DNA of 64,000 nucleotides from contig CAIWTN010000090.1 of assembly GCA_903915625.1 (NCBI GenBank), positions 1,915 to 65,914 of the forward strand, written 5' to 3'. Both the position numbers and the translations under genes were made by a program. Of this stretch, positions 36,271 to 45,671 are shown one piece after another; the stretch's first letter is position 1; every line of letters begins with the position of its first letter. Source of the stretch: an uncultured Pseudomonadota bacterium. Its GTDB lineage: Bacteria > Bdellovibrionota_B > Oligoflexia > Oligoflexales > CAIYRB01. Under the pieces are notes generated by a model. That model saw nothing but the letters and a program-made list of their open reading frames with translations. It ran no database searches and had not been told where the DNA came from.

Positions 36271-36864
36271 ATGACTCGTTCCCCTTCGACGCGAAATGTG
36301 GCTTTAAAAACCCAGGAACCATCACTGATCCTCCTAGAAGAGGTGGGTGGCAAAGGCCGCGGTGTATTCGCTGGCAGAGAGTTTGCCGCTCAGGAAGAAG
36401 TGCTCGAATTCCTCGGCAACATTGTCGACGTAGGGGCGCTTGCCGATCTTACGCACGCCCTACAGATTGGCTCTCGCGAATTCCTAACAGCCTCCGGAGA
36501 CATTGACGACTACGTCAATCATTCCTGTTCGCCTAATTGTGGTATTCGGTCGGTGGGCGAACGCGTCATTTTATTTGCGCTCAAACACATCGCAAAAAAT
36601 GACGAAATCACCTTCGATTATTCAACCACCCAAACTGGCGGCTACTGGTCTATGCAGTGCCAGTGTGGTGCCCCGCAGTGCCGCGGCACGATCGGTGATT
36701 TCCGTGATCTACCGGCATCCGTTCAGCAGCACTACATCAATGAGCACGCCATACTCGACTACTTGCTCGAGGAGCTAGGTGTCGCTCCATCTAAAGTCAG
36801 CAAAGCCGAGTACAAATCTGGCCGACGGTCACGGAAAAAGCCCATTCCAGCGCGAAACTGCTGA
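36271..36864 (+). CDS. SET-domain protein-lysine methyltransferase-like protein
   Basis: GRGVFAGREFAAQEEV, NHSCSPNC, EITFDYS and post-SET CQCGAPQCRG. Basic C-terminal tail. The 3' end overlaps aguB by 106 nt. Confidence 0.8.
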   Translation: MTRSPSTRNVALKTQEPSLILLEEVGGKGRGVFAGREFAAQEEVLEFLGNIVDVGALADLTHALQIGSREFLTASGDIDDYVNHSCSPNCGIRSVGERVILFALKHIAKNDEITFDYSTTQTGGYWSMQCQCGAPQCRGTIGDFRDLPASVQQHYINEHAILDYLLEELGVAPSKVSKAEYKSGRRSRKKPIPARNC

Positions 36865-37667
36865 GCAGCACCAAGATCTAAGGTGCAGGTTAAAACGCCT
36901 GCAAAGTCCGGCGCCGCTTCGCAGATTAGATCGCCGCGATAGTCGCTGGCAAAGCTGTGGCCGTAAAACGTGCAGCTTGCCTGGCCAAAACTCTCCGTGC
37001 CGATGCGATTAGATGCTGCGACAAAAGTCGCATTATGAACAGCATGCCCAATCATAGCGCGTTGCCACATAGACGGCGTGTTTGGGCTATTGACGACATC
37101 TGCTGGCTCGGAGCCTATGGCCGTTGGGTATAGCAGTAAATCCGCCCCTTGCAGCGCCATTGCCCGCGCGCACTCCGGAAACCATTGATCCCAACATATG
37201 CCGACACCTATCCGACCGTATCGCGTAGGCCAAACTTTAAATCCGGTGTCCCCGGGATTGAAGTAGTACTTCTCTTCGTAACCGGGCCCATCAGGGATAT
37301 GGCTTTTACGGTAGATACCCAGCATCGCCCCATCGGCATCGATCATCGCCAGGCTATTATAGTGAGCTGGTCCAGCGCGTTCAAAAAAGCTCACCGGCAA
37401 GACGACGCCGAGCTCTTTAGCAAGTTTTTGAAACTGACCCAGGAAAGGGTGCCCCTCGACCGGATGGGCCCAGGAGAAATACTCCTCGCGCTCTTCCTGG
37501 CAGAAATAGTGATTCTCAAACAGCTCTGGCAGCAAGATCACCTGCGCACCCTGAGCCGCCGCAGCTCGCACATAGCCTACGGCAGCTTTAACATTAGCCG
37601 CAACGGAGCGCTCCATGCGCATCTGGACTAAACCTAACTTCAGGGTCTTAGGCGTATTGATAGTCAC
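36759..37667 (-). CDS. aguB: N-carbamoylputrescine amidase
   Basis: C-N hydrolase with LKLGLVQM..., LPELFENHYFCQEE and GVGICWDQWFPE. I prefer the GTG start at 37667 (GGAGGG 6 nt upstream), which lies just after the aguA stop. Confidence 0.85.
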   Translation of the reverse strand: MTINTPKTLKLGLVQMRMERSVAANVKAAVGYVRAAAAQGAQVILLPELFENHYFCQEEREEYFSWAHPVEGHPFLGQFQKLAKELGVVLPVSFFERAGPAHYNSLAMIDADGAMLGIYRKSHIPDGPGYEEKYYFNPGDTGFKVWPTRYGRIGVGICWDQWFPECARAMALQGADLLLYPTAIGSEPADVVNSPNTPSMWQRAMIGHAVHNATFVAASNRIGTESFGQASCTFYGHSFASDYRGDLICEAAPDFAGVLTCTLDLGAAQQFRAGMGFFRDRRPDLYSALLTLDGATPSSSSK

Positions 37668-37669
37668 GA

Positions 37670-38734
37670 TTATCCCTCCGGCTGCTGCTGCGTCAGGCAA
37701 TGGAAGCTCCCGCCGCCACGAATGATGTGACGCGAGGAGAGGCCGACCACTTTGTGCTTCGGTAATAAATCCTGCAGCACTGATAAGGCCTTCGCGTCGT
37801 TTGGATCCCCGTATTGAGGGACGATCACAGCGCCGTTCACAAAATAAAAATTAGCGTAGGTCGCCGGCAACCTTGTGCCATCCGGCAAAAATAATGCCTC
37901 TCTTGGTAAAGGCAGCTCAGTCACCTTCAGAGCTTGGCCTCTCAAATCAACCGCACGCTTAAGGGTCTCGAGATTTTCCTGCATGGGCACATAATTAGCG
38001 TCGTTCCGGTCCTCAGTAACAGAGGTCACCACGGATCCTGGGCCAATAAAACGCGTAATGGTATCGACATGACCATCCGTGTGATCGCCCTCGAGCCCGT
38101 CATTGAGCCAAATGACTCGCTGAATCCCGAGATAGTCGCAAAGGTAACGCTCCAAGTCAGCTGGACTAAGGTCCGGATTTCGCGTCGGAGTCAAAAGGCA
38201 CTGCTTCGTTGTAATACAAAGCCCCTCACCATCGACCTCGAGGGAGCCACCCTCCATGACAATGCCCGGCTCGAATCGGGGCATCTGCAAAACAGGCGCC
38301 AGCCTTTCAGGAACTAAGTTATCTCGCTCAAAGTCATATTTGCCGCCCCAAGCATTGAAACGCCAATTTACGTAGGCAAAGTTGGGCTGGCCATTGGTCG
38401 CCGATTGAGTGCGCCGCACAAAGATGGGGCCGTTGTCCCGCATCCAGACATCATCAAGTGGAACCCGGTGAAAACTAACGCCAGCGATGCCGCCCAAAGC
38501 AGCTTGGGCGCTTGCCTCTGCCTCTTGGTCACGTAGCAGTACGTTAACCGGCTCGTACTGAGCAATAGTCCTGACGAGAGCAGCGTATTCCGCGCGGACA
38601 TCCGGCAGATAGCCGAACCACATCTCGTCATCGACATCAAAGGGCCAGCTCATCCAGGTGGCGGTGTGGCGGACCCATTCAGCTGGCATGTGCAAACCTA
38701 ATTGGCGAGGTAACGCCGACAATACACCGGTCAT
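37670..38734 (-). CDS. aguA: Agmatine deiminase
   Basis: 354 aa. MPAEWVRH..TWMSWP, VWMRDNGPIF and a C-terminal GGGSFHCLTQQQP (catalytic Cys). Confidence 0.9.
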   Translation of the reverse strand: MTGVLSALPRQLGLHMPAEWVRHTATWMSWPFDVDDEMWFGYLPDVRAEYAALVRTIAQYEPVNVLLRDQEAEASAQAALGGIAGVSFHRVPLDDVWMRDNGPIFVRRTQSATNGQPNFAYVNWRFNAWGGKYDFERDNLVPERLAPVLQMPRFEPGIVMEGGSLEVDGEGLCITTKQCLLTPTRNPDLSPADLERYLCDYLGIQRVIWLNDGLEGDHTDGHVDTITRFIGPGSVVTSVTEDRNDANYVPMQENLETLKRAVDLRGQALKVTELPLPREALFLPDGTRLPATYANFYFVNGAVIVPQYGDPNDAKALSVLQDLLPKHKVVGLSSRHIIRGGGSFHCLTQQQPEG

Positions 38735-38794
38735 TCGTCTCTCCCAACTGCGCTGCCGAGAATCATGATTGGAGCGAAAAATTAAGAAGGTTTA

Positions 38795-38884
38795 TGGCGG
38801 AGAGAGAGGGATTCGAACCCTCGGTACAGTTTCCCGTACGCATCCTTAGCAAGGATGTGCCTTCAGCCACTCGGCCATCTCTCC
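38795..38884 (-). tRNA. tRNA-Ser (anticodon GCU)
   Basis: The reverse complement is GGAGAGATGGCCGAGTGGCTGAAGGC.... Anticodon loop TTGCTAA, long variable arm, CCA encoded. 90 nt. Confidence 0.9.
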
Positions 38885-39016
38885 AGAGATATAACGTAGA
38901 CTTACTGCGGAGCAATCCGCGAACCGTTTTTATACGTGGGGTGGCCGGATCTAGTCAAAGCTTTTGATGGGCTCAGACCCACTTTATTTCAACTTCATGA
39001 GTAGGAATCGTGAATT

Positions 39017-39104
39017 TGGCGGAGAGAGAGGGATTCGAACCCCCGGTGAGTTTCCCCACAACGGTTTTCAAGACCGCCGCCTTAAGCCACTCGGCCATCT
39101 CTCC
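39017..39104 (-). tRNA. tRNA-Ser (anticodon UGA)
   Basis: The reverse complement is GGAGAGATGGCCGAGTGGCTTAAGGC.... Anticodon loop CTTGAAA, long variable arm, CCA encoded. 88 nt. Confidence 0.9.
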
Positions 39105-39166
39105 TTGCTTAGCTCAAGGATGCTACCATAAACTATTGTGTCAGCCACTTTCAATGAATTACGGCC

Positions 39167-40207
39167 GTGCATAGACACTTAGCAAGCTTCTTGATCATGC
39201 TAGTGCTCTTTTTGAGCACCAGCGCAGCCCGGGCGCAGCCGGCTGATCTGCAATTTTTTGGCGACGTGCTGATCAACGCCAAAACTTTGCGCCGCACTCA
39301 TTCTACTGCAGCAAATCCCAATTTATTTGCCGGTAGCGCGGCTCTTTTAAACTCCTCCCGGCATAACATAGTTAATTTAGAGGGAGTGATTACGACCACT
39401 CTGGCACCTTTCGAGGCCAAGCAATTTCTGTTGCGGATGCCACCCTCAGCTGCCCAAATTCTGCGCACAGCGGGGATAGACGCCGTCACTCTCGCCAATA
39501 ATCATACGATGGACTTTGGCTTCGCTGGCCTACTGAGCACCTTGACGAGCTTGGCACGTGCCGATATCGCGAGTACAGGCGCGGGCATTAACCAGTCTGC
39601 AGCCAGCCTTCCGGTCATCATTAAGCTCAAACATCAATCGATCTGCCTCCTCGCCTTTTCCAAGACCCTACCGTCAGCCTTCTGGGCGACGACCCGCCGT
39701 GCTGGTAGTGCCTTCGGAGCGGAATCCTTGGTAACGGAGAGAATTTCCGCATGTGCCGCACGTGGTTTTTTTACCGTTGTCGCGTTCCACTGGGGCAAAG
39801 AGGGCGAACACGAGGCGCTACCGTATCAAAAAGACTTGGCCCACCTCGCCATTGAAGCGGGGGGAGACTTGATCATCGGCCATCACCCACACAACCTGCA
39901 AGAGATTGAAATTTACCGCGATAAACCAATATTTTATTCGCTCGGCAACTTCGCCTTTGGCTCTGAGCCAGAGGTCGGCAACCAGCAAGGCATGGCCGTG
40001 CGGCTTACTTTTACCGAAGACCATCCACGCGAGCCTAAAGTAGTCGTGATCCCTCTATCCGTGGATAACCACACCGTGCACTTTGTGCCCCAACTCATGA
40101 GCAAGGTTGAGGCCGACCTTTTGCAACCTCAAATAACAGCACTGCGGTCGTGCCAATGGCGGCAAACGCGCTGGAATTGTCCATTTTACGGACATGAAGC
40201 TCTTTAG
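39167..40207 (+). CDS. CapA-family (poly-gamma-glutamate synthesis-like) metallophosphatase, secreted
   Basis: Signal peptide, then [16 protein letters not shown] and IGHHPHNLQ motifs. The start is GTG 39167 or ATG 39197. Confidence 0.75.
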   Translation: MHRHLASFLIMLVLFLSTSAARAQPADLQFFGDVLINAKTLRRTHSTAANPNLFAGSAALLNSSRHNIVNLEGVITTTLAPFEAKQFLLRMPPSAAQILRTAGIDAVTLANNHTMDFGFAGLLSTLTSLARADIASTGAGINQSAASLPVIIKLKHQSICLLAFSKTLPSAFWATTRRAGSAFGAESLVTERISACAARGFFTVVAFHWGKEGEHEALPYQKDLAHLAIEAGGDLIIGHHPHNLQEIEIYRDKPIFYSLGNFAFGSEPEVGNQQGMAVRLTFTEDHPREPKVVVIPLSVDNHTVHFVPQLMSKVEADLLQPQITALRSCQWRQTRWNCPFYGHEAL

Positions 40208-41103
40208 CCCTGCATCAGACGTAAGCGTTCGATTCGGACTTCAAGTGGCGGGTGAGTCATCAACAAACCAACTATGCCCTTTGGGGCGCCCGCTATCTTG
40301 AGGCTTTGAAAAGCTGCCTGCCGCGTATCGACCATCTCGCTAGTTCGCTGCAAGGCCTGGAGGGCACCAATCATCTTCTCGCGCCCGGCAAGGGTAGCTC
40401 CACCCTTATCAGCGCGAAACTCGCGGTGCCGCGAGAACGCGCACACCACAATGGAGCCAAGAATGCCAAACAAGATGTCGAAGACAAACACCAGTAAATG
40501 CTGGACCATGTAGGACGGTCGTCGATCGTCATCTTCACTTCGCATGAGATTGGAGACGGCGTAGGCCGCTATCCGCGCAAAGAACATCACAAAAGCATTT
40601 ACGACACCCTGGATTAGCGTCATGGTCACCATGTCGCCATTGGCTACGTGGCTGATTTCATGACCCAAAACGCCCTCAAGTTCGCGGCGGCCCATCTGAT
40701 TAAGTAAGCCAGTCGATACCGCCACTAGCGCATTGCCCCGGCTCGGACCTGTCGCAAAAGCATTGACCTCTGGACTGTCGTAGACGCCCACCTCGGGCAT
40801 AGCCGGCAGCTTCGCGCCCATAGCAAGACGATGCACAAGAGCCACAAGATCTCGTCCATTGGGATCAGTCGTGTTGGGATCGATGATGGAAACGCCCATC
40901 ATCCATTTGGCCATGGTCTTAGACATTAGCAGAGAGATAAACGACCCGCCCATGCCCCAAACAGCGCAGAAAGCCATCAGTGACTGATAATCTATCCCGC
41001 TTGCACTTAGGTATGGCTGAATGCCGAGGACAGAGATGACGATGGAAATCGTTGCCATCACCAAAATATTAGTCAGAACAAATAAAAAAATTCGCTTTAT
41101 CAT
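40204..41103 (-). CDS. htpX: Protease HtpX (M48 family)
   Basis: Four TM segments and zinc motif GVLGHEISHVANGDM. Confidence 0.9.
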   Translation of the reverse strand: MIKRIFLFVLTNILVMATISIVISVLGIQPYLSASGIDYQSLMAFCAVWGMGGSFISLLMSKTMAKWMMGVSIIDPNTTDPNGRDLVALVHRLAMGAKLPAMPEVGVYDSPEVNAFATGPSRGNALVAVSTGLLNQMGRRELEGVLGHEISHVANGDMVTMTLIQGVVNAFVMFFARIAAYAVSNLMRSEDDDRRPSYMVQHLLVFVFDILFGILGSIVVCAFSRHREFRADKGGATLAGREKMIGALQALQRTSEMVDTRQAAFQSLKIAGAPKGIVGLLMTHPPLEVRIERLRLMQG

Positions 41104-41132
41104 AAATACTCCGCAGCTAGCGTTCTTCCGCC

Positions 41133-41801
41133 CTATCGCACAACAGCGCCGGACTCAAGCCCTGCGCCTGTCGACTTCGCCGCGATCGGCTGAAATACCG
41201 GCGGTGGCTGTCCCAACACAAGTGCCATATTTTGTACGATACGGCCAATCTCATTTGCTGGATCCGTCGTCGGCAACCACACGGCGCCCACGGCACCGCC
41301 AGCCTGAGACCCGTCTCTCAAGTGTTCGACGTTATTGTGAATGATCAAGTCGGTGGCACCGGGCCCAGCACGCACCAGGCGAACCGATACTTTGTTGCGG
41401 TAGACACCGCCGTTTAGGAAATAACTATCCCATTCCGTGGAAAAAATACCTGAGGCTCGGTCGATGACGGTGGGGCTATAATTGTGCATCAGCACGGATA
41501 AAGCAGCATCCCAGACCTCGCCTTCGCGCACGTTGACACGAAAGGTATCGGCGTCGATGGCGTAAATCGTTGCTCGCGGCGGAGGCGCTTTCACGCGAGG
41601 ATTCTCAGACTCGCTCTCCACACCAGGATAAACGCCGCTTTCCCCGATATCCGGAGTCGGCTGCAGCTTGTAGTCCTGGTTTCTATACTTCTTTAGATTG
41701 ACTGGTATGCAGGCGCAGAGCGCCAGCGATGCTGACCAAAGGACACTGTGTATAGTTTTGCGCATAGAAAAATTATAGGGGGCTGATCCAAAATGGGTCA
41801 A
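41133..41801 (-). CDS. Hypothetical lipoprotein
   Basis: Lipobox SLALCAC after the internal Met at 41765. No family recognised with confidence. Confidence 0.5.
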   Translation of the reverse strand: MTHFGSAPYNFSMRKTIHSVLWSASLALCACIPVNLKKYRNQDYKLQPTPDIGESGVYPGVESESENPRVKAPPPRATIYAIDADTFRVNVREGEVWDAALSVLMHNYSPTVIDRASGIFSTEWDSYFLNGGVYRNKVSVRLVRAGPGATDLIIHNNVEHLRDGSQAGGAVGAVWLPTTDPANEIGRIVQNMALVLGQPPPVFQPIAAKSTGAGLESGAVVR

Positions 41802-41849
41802 GCACCCCTATAACTCACCGCTGAAGTGACCGTATCAATTCAACACAGA

Positions 41850-42842
41850 TTACTTCATCAGCATGTTCTTCACGACTTCACGCTCTTCAAGCAGCTCTTT
41901 CGTCGTGAGAGCGATTTTTTTGCGGACGAACTCACTCAACTGCACGCCCTTGACGACTTCATAGCCCTTGCCGTCGCCTAAAGACCGCACTGGGAAGGAG
42001 AAAATCAATCCCGGAGGTACATCGTAAGCGTTACCATCGCTGGCTACGGCCATGGAGAACCACTGGTCGGCTGGTGTCTTCTTCAAAAGGTTCTTGATCT
42101 GGTCAATGCATGCACTCGCGGCCGACGCAGCTGAAGACTTGCCGCGAGCCTCGATAATGGCGGCTCCGCGTTTCTGTACCGTCGTGAAGAACTCGCCCTC
42201 TAGCCAAGCGCGGTCCTTAATTGCCTCAGTCACTTTGCGGCTGCCAATGAAAGCGTTCTCAAAATCTGGCACCATTGTGGAGCTGTGGTTACCCCAAATA
42301 GCCAAATTATGAAGTTCACGCACATCGACGCCAGCTTTCTTTGCCAGCTGAAATTTGGCGCGGTTCTCGTCCAGCATGGTCATTGCGGTAAAGCGCGTTG
42401 GTGGGATGTCTCGCGCGTTGTGTTGAGCGATCAATGCATTGGTGTTGCATGGGTTACCAACAACGACGACATTAACATTGCTTGCTGCGCGTACCAGCGC
42501 TTTACCCTGGCCGACGAAAATGTGACCGTTGTCACGGATCAAATCGTTTCTCTCCATGCCTGGACCACGAGGCTTGGAGCCCACAAGTAACGCCCAATTC
42601 ACGCCGTCAAAGCCCTTTTCGGGCGTATCGCAAATGTTGATCTTCTTTAGCGTCTTAAATGCGCAGTCTTCCAACTCCATGGCCGTCCCTTCGGCCACTT
42701 TTGCCGCCGCGGGTAGCTCGACTAAATTCAGCTCAACTGGTGTGTCTTCCCCAAAAACCTCTCCTGAAGCGAGACGAAACAGCAGGCTATAACCAATTTG
42801 ACCGGCCGCTCCGGTAACGGCAACACGTACTGGTTCTTTCAT
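41850..42842 (-). CDS. mdh: Malate dehydrogenase
   Basis: [31 protein letters not shown], 330 aa. Confidence 0.92.
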   Translation of the reverse strand: MKEPVRVAVTGAAGQIGYSLLFRLASGEVFGEDTPVELNLVELPAAAKVAEGTAMELEDCAFKTLKKINICDTPEKGFDGVNWALLVGSKPRGPGMERNDLIRDNGHIFVGQGKALVRAASNVNVVVVGNPCNTNALIAQHNARDIPPTRFTAMTMLDENRAKFQLAKKAGVDVRELHNLAIWGNHSSTMVPDFENAFIGSRKVTEAIKDRAWLEGEFFTTVQKRGAAIIEARGKSSAASAASACIDQIKNLLKKTPADQWFSMAVASDGNAYDVPPGLIFSFPVRSLGDGKGYEVVKGVQLSEFVRKKIALTTKELLEEREVVKNMLMK

Positions 42843-42926
42843 TCGAATTCCTCCTCAATGGATTGCCTGTACTCAAAAGTAGGGCCAACGCGCCCTGACC
42901 ACACAAAAACGCCATGCTCGCTATCG

Positions 42927-43730
42927 TCAATCGGGCTGACTAGCTTCAGTAACCGATGGCACGAGCTCGAGGCGACGCTTTGTTACTACCTGATCTCGCT
43001 TGTTAATGTTCCAGAAATCTTCATTGGGCTTATAATCATCTACCTTCGACCAATGCACGGGTTGACCGTTCTGCATGAAGTGTAGAACCTTAACTTTTTT
43101 TGAATCGGCAAGCTCGTCACGGCAAATCTTACAACCCATCACCTCTCGCACCTGGCCGTCGAGGCGCACCCTAACCTCCGAAAATCGCTCAGAAATAACC
43201 GGCCTCGAGCAGAAATAACAGCCTGTTACTAGTGGCGCACCATCGGCAGGAGCAGTTCCATAGAGCACGCCCAGATTAGCCGGTCGACCACTAAGGACAT
43301 CTTTAAAGGCTCGCTCGAGTCGACCGACGCGTTCGCGCAAGTCACGAATTAGGAACATCGCAGAATTCAATGCCGCTGGATTCGTACCGAATGGCTCAAC
43401 TTTACGAATGACGCCTAAAAGCGTCTCAAGTAAGCGCAGGGTGCCCTCGTAATAATCAAGAACCTTGGCATCCTTGATCTGGCGGATACTCGCACCCAAA
43501 TCAGTGACGCCGCGAGTGACCGTGTCCAGCTGCATCACTGACTGTAAAAATTTTTGCCGATACACCCTGGCCCCTGAGCGTTGCCGATTTCGGTGGACGG
43601 CATACAGCCCTATGACCAGGGCGCAAAGCACGACGGCTGTTGCAAATGGCAGCCACCCCATCAACTTATACTCCCCATCGTCAGCGCCGACTCCCTGCCA
43701 CGAGACTCCCCAAGTGCGCGTCGAAATCAT
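42927..43730 (-). CDS. Hypothetical single-pass membrane protein with a C-terminal CxxC...CxxC zinc ribbon
   Basis: The likely start is ATG 43661 (GGGGAG SD). The TM helix is WLPFATAVVLCALVIGLYAV. A helical region follows, then GCYFCSRP...GCKICRDE. No family recognised. Confidence 0.55.
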   Translation of the reverse strand: MISTRTWGVSWQGVGADDGEYKLMGWLPFATAVVLCALVIGLYAVHRNRQRSGARVYRQKFLQSVMQLDTVTRGVTDLGASIRQIKDAKVLDYYEGTLRLLETLLGVIRKVEPFGTNPAALNSAMFLIRDLRERVGRLERAFKDVLSGRPANLGVLYGTAPADGAPLVTGCYFCSRPVISERFSEVRVRLDGQVREVMGCKICRDELADSKKVKVLHFMQNGQPVHWSKVDDYKPNEDFWNINKRDQVVTKRRLELVPSVTEASQPD

Positions 43731-43816
43731 ATCAGAATGATCACCGCCAAGTCGATTAGGGTGCTCAAGGAGCGGGCAGAATTTGCCGATCCGTCTCTAT
43801 TAGGGGGGGTGTCGCC

Positions 43817-44011
43817 ATGAGTTTCAGCTATCAAACACAACGGTCACAGTTCAACAAACTCGCCCGTAACTACATGGAATACTTGAATCTTTACAAGCAA
43901 TTCAACAACGGGTCGGCTGTGGGGGCAACGCCTTTTAGTGAGTTCTACTGGCGCGTTATCTACTACAGTCGCTACTCGGATGTTCGGCGGGTTGGCCCCA
44001 ATGGGCTGTAG
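43817..44011 (+). CDS. Hypothetical small protein (64 aa)
   Basis: A strong G-rich SD (AGGGGGGG) lies 7-8 nt upstream of the ATG. Tyr/Phe-rich. No family recognised. Confidence 0.45.
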   Translation: MSFSYQTQRSQFNKLARNYMEYLNLYKQFNNGSAVGATPFSEFYWRVIYYSRYSDVRRVGPNGL

Positions 44012-44041
44012 TCTAGGAAAATTTTCAGCAAACTCGATAGC

Positions 44042-44070
44042 TTGACGCGGGCATTTGCGTTTACTATAAG
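44042..44070 (+). promoter_or_regulatory. Sigma-70-type promoter (TTGACG-N17-TATAAG)
   Basis: Read directly from the sequence. The -10 element ends 48 nt upstream of GTG 44119. Confidence 0.5.
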
Positions 44071-44118
44071 CCGAAGGTACTTAATCTTTTATTAAAGCTG
44101 CTCTGGGGCCTTGCGCGG

Positions 44119-45126
44119 GTGATTAAGAAGAGCGGAGCTAAATCCAGCACCATTCAGGTCAAACAGACCGATGATGGCCTGCATCTGGCCGACACCATTT
44201 TATGGTTCGATGCTGAGGAGAGCGGCGATCTGTCTTTTCTGTCCGCTGCCTCCACCAGCTTCAATCCGAGGGTGCCGCAGGTCATTGCTACGGCCGAGAC
44301 CATCCGAATTTTGGAGGCTTTTCGAAAAAAGCCCAATGCCCTGGTATGTCAATACAACAGGCCTTTTTCGATTGGCCGTCTACGTATGGAGTTGCTGCCC
44401 TCAGGCGCAGTGCTCGGCGGCGCTTCTCTATATGTCGAAACTGACATGGGCCGATTACTTTACGCCCCACATCTGCAGCCGCAGCGCGTGCCCACCGTAC
44501 GCCAAATGCAGCTGAAAAAAGCTCACACCCTGATTCTAAAACCGACACACCCAGATCCGACTCTGGCCATGCCAAATCGGAAAAGAGAAAAGGATCGACT
44601 TCTCGACACCGTCCAAAGCATGACAAAGCATGGGGTGTTTCCAGTCATTTACTGTGAGCCCATTGGTACGGCCCAAGAGCTTACGAAGTTATTTACCGAG
44701 CACGAAATCGCTGTTGCCGTTCACGACATGATCGCCAAGGTCAACAAAGTTTACGAAGACTCTGGATCTAAACTTGGCCCTTACACGCGATACACTAGAA
44801 AATATGCCAAACAAAAAGTAACGCTGGTGCCTTTACCATCAAAGATCGACACCGTTCGGCCCAACAATTTACCAGAAGCACCCGTGATCTTCGTACAAGC
44901 TACGGCCGAGGCTCACTCTCCGCTCAGCTCAGGACGGCAACCCGCGGAACGATTCCTACTCAGCACCGCCTGTGATGGCACAGAAATACGCGACATCATC
45001 ACCGCAGTCGGCCCCAAAGAAGTATACATCTTGGGGCCTTATGCCAAGCGTTATGTGGCCGAGTTAACTGGTTTGAATGCCGTTATCAAACCACTTTTCG
45101 TCAACGACCAGCCGACCTTATTTTGA
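44119..45126 (+). CDS. MBL-fold / beta-CASP-like protein lacking the metal-binding His/Asp motifs (putative pseudo-nuclease)
   Basis: 335 aa. The layout parallels beta-CASP exonucleases: ILWFDA resembles the motif-1 strand, PSGAVLGGASLYVE resembles PAGHxLGSA, and VIYCEPIGTAQELTKLF resembles the beta-CASP alpha/beta core. Where HxHxDH is expected it reads LSAAST. This was matched by eye only. Confidence 0.45.
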   Translation: MIKKSGAKSSTIQVKQTDDGLHLADTILWFDAEESGDLSFLSAASTSFNPRVPQVIATAETIRILEAFRKKPNALVCQYNRPFSIGRLRMELLPSGAVLGGASLYVETDMGRLLYAPHLQPQRVPTVRQMQLKKAHTLILKPTHPDPTLAMPNRKREKDRLLDTVQSMTKHGVFPVIYCEPIGTAQELTKLFTEHEIAVAVHDMIAKVNKVYEDSGSKLGPYTRYTRKYAKQKVTLVPLPSKIDTVRPNNLPEAPVIFVQATAEAHSPLSSGRQPAERFLLSTACDGTEIRDIITAVGPKEVYILGPYAKRYVAELTGLNAVIKPLFVNDQPTLF

Positions 45127-45263
45127 CCACTCTCGACAGATGACCAGACTGTAGCCACGTGAGTTTTTCACTGGCTCCGGGGACATCCTTTATTTATCTG
45201 TAATTTCTGAGAGTAGTCCGACTTTATTCGCACGGCCCGGGATTTGCACAAGGGTTCGAGTGC

Positions 45264-45662
45264 TTGCGCAAAGCAGGCCACCTTCCCCTCTCCCCCGGAG
45301 TTCTTTTAATGCGCCCCTCCTCCTCGCTGCTCGAAAGTTTGATCCAACAAAATTATTCCGAAACCGAACTACCGCCGCTCTGGCAAGTAATCTATCAAGA
45401 GGCCATCAGAGGCCATCACCTGCTGTTTAAACGCGCCGATGTCGATTTGTTCGAAACTATCCAGATGAATGCCCACACGGCGGACTATGGCGTATTTGAA
45501 AGCCTCGAAGAGATCGTCGTAGATCTAGTCTCTAGCAACGACTTAAACACGATGATTCAGATCATCGATGCACTACCGATCACCCAACGCCATTCGCTTT
45601 TTCTTTTTTATCAGCGAGCCTTGTGGATTTGGAAAAACTACAGCAAAGATCAGCTAAATTAA
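45264..45662 (+). CDS. Hypothetical protein (about 117-132 aa)
   Basis: ORF with a TTG start; ATG 45309 is an alternative. Helical, ends before a terminator hairpin. No family recognised. Confidence 0.45.
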   Translation: MRKAGHLPLSPGVLLMRPSSSLLESLIQQNYSETELPPLWQVIYQEAIRGHHLLFKRADVDLFETIQMNAHTADYGVFESLEEIVVDLVSSNDLNTMIQIIDALPITQRHSLFLFYQRALWIWKNYSKDQLN

Positions 45663-45671
45663 TGAAGCTTA

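Noticed and set aside
38795-39104. Direct repeat of about 25 nt (GGCGGAGAGAGAGGGATTCGAACCC) plus a shared 5' segment, which could suggest a mobile-element or MITE boundary
   Set aside because: It is fully explained by two paralogous tRNA-Ser genes (GCU and UGA) that share acceptor and T arms.
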